This document shows positions 57,955 through 64,000 of a stretch of DNA of 64,000 nt, in pieces. Each line of letters begins with the position of its first letter. Position 1 is the stretch's first letter. Position numbers and translations under genes: made by a program. The notes under the pieces were generated by a model that worked only from the letters and a program-made list of their open reading frames with translations, ran no database searches and was not told the origin of the DNA. The DNA comes from Candidatus Latescibacterota bacterium (GTDB taxonomy: Bacteria; Latescibacterota; UBA2968; GCA-2709665), in the NCBI GenBank assembly GCA_963662665.2, contig CAXXJS010000010.1, positions 32,001-96,000 on the forward strand, read 5' to 3'.

Positions 57955-60912
57955 CTATTCACCTGTCCGTGCGTTTCTTTTGGCAACTGTTGAACGCCCT
58001 GGCCGCTTTTTCAGGACATTCCGCGTATATCTGCATTTGGGCCAGTTCGAACAACCGATAAACCGTCCATATTTTCCACGCTTCTCGTGCAGCCATCCAA
58101 AGCACGTCGGACATCCCTCAACGGCCTTCCGGCAGTCGCGGCAACGGTAGTCGCCATCAACCTTCGCCAGTAATCCGGTCCCGCAATGGGGACACCCGGG
58201 CTGTCGATACTCGCAGTACGGCCAGAGCGAACAGCCGTAGAATATCCCCCTGTCCTGAGCGTTACCTCTTTGCTGCAGCCGTCCGTGGATGCATTCCGGA
58301 CATGGTACATCCCGTTCCGGCTGCTCTCCATGAACCTCAACGTCATAACCCTCCTTCATCAACTCCTCGACGAAGGCCGAAGGCGCTCCTCTATCGACAA
58401 CGAGATAGACGCCGCGCCTGGCGCGGGTGACCGCGACGTAGAACAGGCGGCGCTCCTCGGCGTTTGGATAGGCTTCCGGCGCAGCCAGAACGAGATCCAG
58501 TAGCGGGTCGTCAACGATTCCGGTGGGGAAGCCGTACTTTCCGGAGCACAGGTCGAGCACCACCACATAGTCGGCCTCAAGGCCTTTTGAGCCGTGTACA
58601 GTCATGAAAGAGAGCCGAAAATTGGAATGTGCTCGCGCCAAAACGCCTAAATTCTGAGGCCTGGTGTGCTTGTACCGGCCCAGCAGCAGAACCGTGGAGC
58701 GCTCGTCGTCCTCTGCAGAATGAGCGGCAATTGCGTTTAACGCCTCCGCGAGTGGATCGGGACACGTTTCCGGGGCGACCATTACGTGCACGCATGGTTC
58801 GTCTGCATTGAAGATGGACGAAACACGCTTTCGGATCTGTGCGGGGTTGCTGAGCACGAATCGGCTTGCGAGATCGGCGATACGATCCGTGCATCTGAAC
58901 GTTGTTTCCAGGTTGACGCGTTCGCTCTCGCCAAAGCGCGCCGTGAACTCTCGCATGATGGCGATGTCCGAACCCGCAAATCGGTAGATGGCCTGCCAAT
59001 CGTCGCCAACCGCAAACAGCTGTGTGGTGTTCGATGTGTCCAGCAACGCCTTCAGCAGTCGCGCTCTCCCGGCCGAAATATCCTGAAACTCATCGACGAG
59101 TATGTAGCCAAACCGGTTGTGGTAACGCCCACGCTTCACGTGTTCCGTCGCGTTGGTGATCATGTCGTGGAAATCGATTTGCCGCAGACGTGCGAGCGAT
59201 TTCTGGTAACGCTCATATACTGGAACGAATACGGTCAGAAAGGCCTCCGCCCGAAGACGGTTTTGATCCCTGGCAGCGCGACGGGCCACGTCGTCTGCCG
59301 ACAGTTGCGCACCCTTGTAGTGATGGAGGAACGTCGCAACCAGACGCGTGAAAGGATCGATTCGGCCTTGCTTTTCGAGGACGGAGAAGGTGTCCTGAGA
59401 CGGGATCGGAGACAGCGTTACGCCATGGAGGGCCAATTTTTCCGCCAGATTCCCGGTCAGTCTGCCCGCTGCTTTTTCGTGACTGTAGGTCTCCACGAGT
59501 ATCGTGCCATGTGTCGCATGCAGCCGTCTTTTCCAGTCCAATGACCTGAGATATTCGTCGCGGTCGATAAAGGGGGGGGTATTATTCGATTCCGAGAGTG
59601 CAAGGTGTTCAATGTATATCCCCGCATCGGGGAGGGTGAAGTCGGGCCGGTATTGCCTCTTGTCCGGCGTGGCGGTTTCATGTTTGTAGTCCCTTTCGTA
59701 CTCATACGGCACACCGTTGAGGTAGAGGAAGTTGGCTATCTCGCATTCTTCGAAACTCTTGAGCTTCTCGCCCTGCAGGGACCGGACCTCGTTGTCCCGG
59801 AGATAAGTCCAATAGGCTCCCTGAGTCTGGAATTCGAACTCGCTTCGGTACGGAGCAAAATGCCCGGCGAACCATCTGAGCATAACGCTGGAGAACCTGG
59901 GATCGGCGACGAGATCGCCAACGATGCCCTTCAGCAGGTCGAACAGGGCTTGATCATCTACCGCAGCCCTGGCTACGGCCGGGCGTCTGCGTTCCACTTC
60001 GCTGATGATCGACATGCCCAGACTGTGGAACGTTCGAACCGTGAGTTCGGCGCCCAATTGAACCCCAAGGCGTTTCCGGACCCTTTCCTTCATTTCTTCC
60101 TGGGCATCTTTGGCAAATGCGAGCAGAAGCAGTTCCGACGGGCGGCGGTAACCCTTCTGAATAAGCCAGCCCGCCTTGGCAACGATGACCGACGTCTTTC
60201 CACTTCCGGCGGCTGCAACGATCAGGTTGCGGTCTTCATCCACGACAACTGCTCTCCGCTGCTCGTCCGTGAGCGGCCTCGCCTCGACCCTGTCGAAGAA
60301 TTCCCCGGATCGCACCAGTTCGTTGGCCACAAAGGTGTCGCAAGCCCTCGCCCGACAACGTTCGGAATCAACCGAAAAGTCCTGAATCGCTTTCAGCATT
60401 CGGATTTCTGCGACGTCGCATAGCTGTTCGGGACACTGAGATGGGAACCGGGCGACCACGTCTTTGGCATTGTGATCGATTGGGAAAAAGACAGTACGCG
60501 ACACGTACCGCGGCGGGTCAGTAAACTGCGCCAGGCGGTCGTAGACGGATTGAATCTTTCCGGCATGGGTATCCAGGGCGCATCGCCACCAGTCGAGTCT
60601 CGCTCGCATAAGCGCGTCGCCGACCAACTGCGCGTCCGGCTTAGACAGTCCGGATACCGTCACATTGCCGGAGGCGAAACGTACCTGCAATCCTCCCCAG
60701 AACCACCCGTTTGCCACCTCCGCGGTCTCGATTTCCCGAAAGGGGATAACCATCGACCGGGACGGGAGTTCGAGGATCAATGTTTCACTGTTCAACGTGA
60801 CCGCTCCGGCCTGTGCAGGACGAAGGAACGAGAACACGAAGGTGGCCAGACCGGATCGTCCGGCGCAAATAGCTCCCCTGGGGTCCGAATGACGACAATG
60901 CTCACGGGCCAT
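57955..60912 (-). CDS. helD: HelD (helicase IV)-like SF1 helicase with inserted nuclease-like domain and C-terminal Zn ribbons
   Basis: HelD-like N-terminus, AAAGSGKT, DEFQD, GDDWQAIY, TVHGSKGLE, EERRLFYVAVTRAR; CxxC repeats; start set at 60912. Confidence 0.8.
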   Translation of the reverse strand: MAREHCRHSDPRGAICAGRSGLATFVFSFLRPAQAGAVTLNSETLILELPSRSMVIPFREIETAEVANGWFWGGLQVRFASGNVTVSGLSKPDAQLVGDALMRARLDWWRCALDTHAGKIQSVYDRLAQFTDPPRYVSRTVFFPIDHNAKDVVARFPSQCPEQLCDVAEIRMLKAIQDFSVDSERCRARACDTFVANELVRSGEFFDRVEARPLTDEQRRAVVVDEDRNLIVAAAGSGKTSVIVAKAGWLIQKGYRRPSELLLLAFAKDAQEEMKERVRKRLGVQLGAELTVRTFHSLGMSIISEVERRRPAVARAAVDDQALFDLLKGIVGDLVADPRFSSVMLRWFAGHFAPYRSEFEFQTQGAYWTYLRDNEVRSLQGEKLKSFEECEIANFLYLNGVPYEYERDYKHETATPDKRQYRPDFTLPDAGIYIEHLALSESNNTPPFIDRDEYLRSLDWKRRLHATHGTILVETYSHEKAAGRLTGNLAEKLALHGVTLSPIPSQDTFSVLEKQGRIDPFTRLVATFLHHYKGAQLSADDVARRAARDQNRLRAEAFLTVFVPVYERYQKSLARLRQIDFHDMITNATEHVKRGRYHNRFGYILVDEFQDISAGRARLLKALLDTSNTTQLFAVGDDWQAIYRFAGSDIAIMREFTARFGESERVNLETTFRCTDRIADLASRFVLSNPAQIRKRVSSIFNADEPCVHVMVAPETCPDPLAEALNAIAAHSAEDDERSTVLLLGRYKHTRPQNLGVLARAHSNFRLSFMTVHGSKGLEADYVVVLDLCSGKYGFPTGIVDDPLLDLVLAAPEAYPNAEERRLFYVAVTRARRGVYLVVDRGAPSAFVEELMKEGYDVEVHGEQPERDVPCPECIHGRLQQRGNAQDRGIFYGCSLWPYCEYRQPGCPHCGTGLLAKVDGDYRCRDCRKAVEGCPTCFGWLHEKRGKYGRFIGCSNWPKCRYTRNVLKKRPGRSTVAKRNARTGE

Positions 60913-60981
60913 GGCTGTTTTCCCCACATGCGAAGGACATTCGTTGACACGGCACACTTGAAATGCAGCCCGGTAGCCAAT

Positions 60982-61089
60982 CAGCACGTTGAAAAAGTCC
61001 ATCCGGGCTGCCTGCCTGTGCGTACGCACGCAGACAGGCGCCCGGCCCTTGTGGCCGAACACCTGCGTTGCGACTTTTCCAACGGACTG
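60982..61089 (-). mobile_element. MITE-like repeat, copy 5
   Basis: TIRs CAGCACGTTGAAAAAGTC / GACTTTTCCAACGGACTG; reverse complement aligns with 55594-55690. Confidence 0.72.
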
Positions 61090-61121
61090 GTGTCCTTTTT
61101 TCAAGCTGGGCTTTTTTATCC

Positions 61122-61137
61122 TGCAAACCGTATGCCA
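61122..61137 (-). promoter_or_regulatory. sigma54 promoter
   Basis: Minus strand TGGCAT-ACGGT-TTGCA. Confidence 0.6.
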
Positions 61138-61509
61138 GGCTGGTCGAATATAGACTGCAAAACCAGTCGTGCAGGCGGTCGCTGCCCGGGCGCGGGGTTC
61201 CGCCTCATCGGCTGCCCCGACCGGCAGAAGCTGTGTGAGATGACGCCTCCAATTCCGCCTTTGTTTTTCGTTGACACGCTCCCGCTATACCGCTTTCTTT
61301 CGCCTTCCTGTACGAGGCATCTGCGTCCGGACTCACGAATGTTCTCGTTGCTTCCCAATGTCTCGTAACCGATGCCTGTCTCTGTTAAAAAATTGTGCTT
61401 TCCTCACACGCGGTTCTGTCTTGAACAGGCGCAGACCAGCACCCGATTGACCGTTCATGCGTGTACCGCCGTCCTTTGAGACGTTTTTTTGCAAGCGAAA
61501 GGCCAGCCA

Positions 61510-62310
61510 ATGGAAACCGTACGTGACAGGCTCTGGATCTTCACCTGTGTGGCCGGTTCGGACAATGACTCCATTACGTCCGCCGGGTACACACAGGGGT
61601 CACGGATGACGCCCGCCGAAGGTGCGTTATTCCTGGACGTCCCCAACCTCCATATGATCCGGTGGCGCGGCCTGCCTGCACACCCGTACGATCAGTTTGC
61701 CGTTACCTTTTCCTCGCTGAAACAGGTCACCTGGTCCATTGTGGGCAGCGGCGGGCAGGTGCAAGGGGATGAACTGCAACGCGTACTGGATCTCGCCGAT
61801 ACGCATCCCAACATCACAGGCGTCTATCTGGATGACTTCATGCGAAAGAACGGCAAAGGGGCCCTCAGTGTGGACGATCTCGCCAACATCCGTCCGCGAC
61901 TGAACGTTGCCGACAGACGGCTGGACCTCTGGGTGGTCCTGTACATCAAGCAACTCCACCTGCCCGTTGCCCCGTACCTCGAACACTGCGACGTGGTCAA
62001 TCTCTGGACCTGGAACTCCAACGATCTGAAGGACCTCGAGCGAAACCTGGACCGTCTCGAAGCGATCAATCCCGGCGGCCGGGTTTCTCTGGGGTGCTAT
62101 CTCTGGGACTTCCACAACAGGCGCTCAGTCTCCATTCCACAGATGGAACACCAGTGCGAACTGGGTCTCCGGTGGCTGAGGGAAGGCCGAATCGAAAGCA
62201 TCGTCTTTCTCGCCAATACCACCTGCGACATCGGCATCGATTCTGCCCCGTGGGCGCAGGCGTGGATCAGGGAGGTCGCCGATATTCCGCTTGACGCTGT
62301 TAACGGGTGA
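61510..62310 (+). CDS. Hypothetical protein, probable TIM-barrel glycoside hydrolase-like fold
   Basis: Clean ORF; NITGVYLDDF, LWVVLY, LWTW, GCYLWD motifs. Confidence 0.6.
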   Translation: METVRDRLWIFTCVAGSDNDSITSAGYTQGSRMTPAEGALFLDVPNLHMIRWRGLPAHPYDQFAVTFSSLKQVTWSIVGSGGQVQGDELQRVLDLADTHPNITGVYLDDFMRKNGKGALSVDDLANIRPRLNVADRRLDLWVVLYIKQLHLPVAPYLEHCDVVNLWTWNSNDLKDLERNLDRLEAINPGGRVSLGCYLWDFHNRRSVSIPQMEHQCELGLRWLREGRIESIVFLANTTCDIGIDSAPWAQAWIREVADIPLDAVNG

Positions 62311-62328
62311 ACCGGGCACAAAGGGCAA

Positions 62329-62409
62329 TAGCCACAAAAAGCACAAAAGGCACAGAGTGGGTAAAGCAGTGCGGCAACGACCGCAATCGGGTCTGAAATT
62401 TTGCGGCTA
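62329..62409. repeat. Short inverted-repeat-bounded element
   Basis: TAGCCACAAAAAGCACAAAAGGCACA ... TTTTGCGGCTA. Confidence 0.45.
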
Positions 62410-62437
62410 TGCAAGGATACGTGAGGAGACGACCAAT

Positions 62438-63706
62438 ATGGAGAACCGGGAAAGGATCGGAAACAACCTCGACAAGAGCACCTACATACGGAGCGACGGC
62501 CTTCACGCGTTTTACGCTTCAGGACAGACGTATATGGGCGCGACCGGCGAACGCATCGTTGAAACGGTGACCTCAGAATGCCTCCAGTGGGTGACCCACG
62601 ACGACGGACGCACAACGCTGGATGCCTGTTACGACGGCACCTGGGTGAGGGTGTCGGACGACAACGGATCGCAATGGATGGAATTGGGACCGAGGGTAAG
62701 GTTCGACGTCGGGATCGCGGACGAGCAGTTGATGCCGGCGGGATTCAGCCTGGATAGGAAAAACGACACCCTGGTGCGGTTCTACCGGGGGCAGAAGGCC
62801 GATAAGACTTGCTACGGATACATCAACCAGGGCGCCTACCGGGCGTATTACAGCGTTTCCGGAGACCAGGGAGCAACCTGGAGCGATCCTGAGCAGATCA
62901 TCTCCCGGGGGGACGGTTTCGACGCGAACCGCTGGGGTCCGGGCTTCGAGTACGGCGTGCGGGGCGGGATCCTCAATGGGAACCACTGCGTTTGGCTGAA
63001 GGACGGGTCCGTGCTGGCGCCCTTCACGGAGTACGAACGACTGGACGGCACGAGACCCTGGTACTTCCGGGTGGTCTGCGCACGCGGATACTGGAAGGAC
63101 GACATGAGCGGGCTTGAATGGGAGTTTGGGGACTTTATCGAGGTACCGTTTGAGAAATCCGGCATCGGATGCTGCGAGCCCTCGATCACCGCGTTGGAAT
63201 CGGGTGCGCTGTTCGTCACCATGAGATGTCAGGGGAACGAGGCCCAGGGCTTCTATTCCATACCCTATACCGCCGTTTCGGAGGATGGCGGAATGAGCTG
63301 GACACAGCCGGAGCCTCTGACCTATGATGACGGCACGAACGTATGGACGCCCGCCTCATGTACAGCCTTTTATGATTCCTCAATAAACGGTAAAACCTAC
63401 TGGATTGCCAATATTCTGGACGGCCCCGTCTACGGGCAGATTCCTCGATATCCGCTGAATATTTCCGAATTCGACACGGTCAATGCGTGTATCTTAAGGA
63501 ACTCGGTCCGGCTCATTCAGGACAGGCCCGCCGATGCACACGAGAACGTGAGATATACCAACTTCGGGTGGTACGAAGACAGACGTACCGGTCAACTGAT
63601 CATTACGTTGCCGGAGCAGTATCGCCGCATGGGTTGGGACGACATGGAAAAGCCGGAGGACTTCGCGGCCGATTGCGTGAAATACACGGTGGATATGGAC
63701 GGGTAG
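62438..63706 (+). CDS. Sialidase-like/BNR Asp-box beta-propeller protein
   Basis: SDDNGSQW, SGDQGATW, SEDGGMSW; CEP; PRYPL; ATG with GAGGAG RBS. Confidence 0.75.
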   Translation: MENRERIGNNLDKSTYIRSDGLHAFYASGQTYMGATGERIVETVTSECLQWVTHDDGRTTLDACYDGTWVRVSDDNGSQWMELGPRVRFDVGIADEQLMPAGFSLDRKNDTLVRFYRGQKADKTCYGYINQGAYRAYYSVSGDQGATWSDPEQIISRGDGFDANRWGPGFEYGVRGGILNGNHCVWLKDGSVLAPFTEYERLDGTRPWYFRVVCARGYWKDDMSGLEWEFGDFIEVPFEKSGIGCCEPSITALESGALFVTMRCQGNEAQGFYSIPYTAVSEDGGMSWTQPEPLTYDDGTNVWTPASCTAFYDSSINGKTYWIANILDGPVYGQIPRYPLNISEFDTVNACILRNSVRLIQDRPADAHENVRYTNFGWYEDRRTGQLIITLPEQYRRMGWDDMEKPEDFAADCVKYTVDMDG

Positions 63707-63785
63707 ACGCGATCCAGTCGTTCCGACAAGCAAAACGCAGGCGCACCATACCCCTTTGACGTAGCAGTTCTAAGACAACGCGAAA

Positions 63786-64000
63786 TCATCCCCCGTACCT
63801 GGAGATGAGGTCCACAGCGGCCTCATCTCCTTTTTTCTGCGCCCAGGCGAGTGGCGTGGCCCACGCGGCGCCGGCCAGCGTGGGATCGGCGCCGCGTTCA
63901 AGATAGAGACGGGCCAGATCGTACTTGCCCCATCTGACCGCCCAGCCAAGCGGTGTGGACTGAAGGAGTTCGTCGATCACGTTAAGGTCGGCGCCGTGGT
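63786..64000 (-). CDS. Ankyrin repeat protein (5' end outside window)
   Basis: STPLGWAVRWG..LERGADP..TPLAWA..KG. Confidence 0.85.
   Translation of the reverse strand, partial: HGADLNVIDELLQSTPLGWAVRWGKYDLARLYLERGADPTLAGAAWATPLAWAQKKGDEAAVDLISRYGG

Noticed and set aside
60913-61104. N-terminal extension of the helicase ORF
   Set aside because: It translates the MITE; HelD-like similarity starts after 60912.

Overview
GC-rich bacterial chromosomal window, probably from an FCB-group lineage. Latescibacterota/Gemmatimonadota-like is an inference from the GWxTD protein, the PorV-like barrel and paired dockerin/EF-hand-like tags. About 1-30 kb is housekeeping: ffh-rpsP-rimM-trmD-rplS, PASTA-rpe, uppS-cdsA-dxr-rseP, and a dcw cluster (mraZ to ftsZ) with MraZ boxes but without mraY, murD or ddl. 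About 30-50 kb is accessory metabolism: Gfo/Idh/MocA oxidoreductases, opine dehydrogenase, moaB, a phosphoesterase, an HDAC, pheA, aminotransferases and a TPP-dependent E1 alpha/beta pair. About 50-64 kb is a plastic region: orphan Phd antitoxin, Fic, an LRR/FG-GAP secreted protein, HEPN-MNT, NhaC, a HelD-like helicase with an inserted nuclease-like domain, a sialidase-like protein and an ankyrin protein. Non-coding signals read from the sequence: a dispersed MITE-like family (5 copies; two inside ftsQAZ, two bracketing nhaC-helD in inverted orientation), several REP-like palindrome types, two sigma54 promoters, and a deletion junction joining the 3' ends of a PIN-like toxin and a dockerin-tagged gene. 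No CRISPR, tRNA, rRNA or transposase was seen. All family calls come from motif recognition; no database searches were run.
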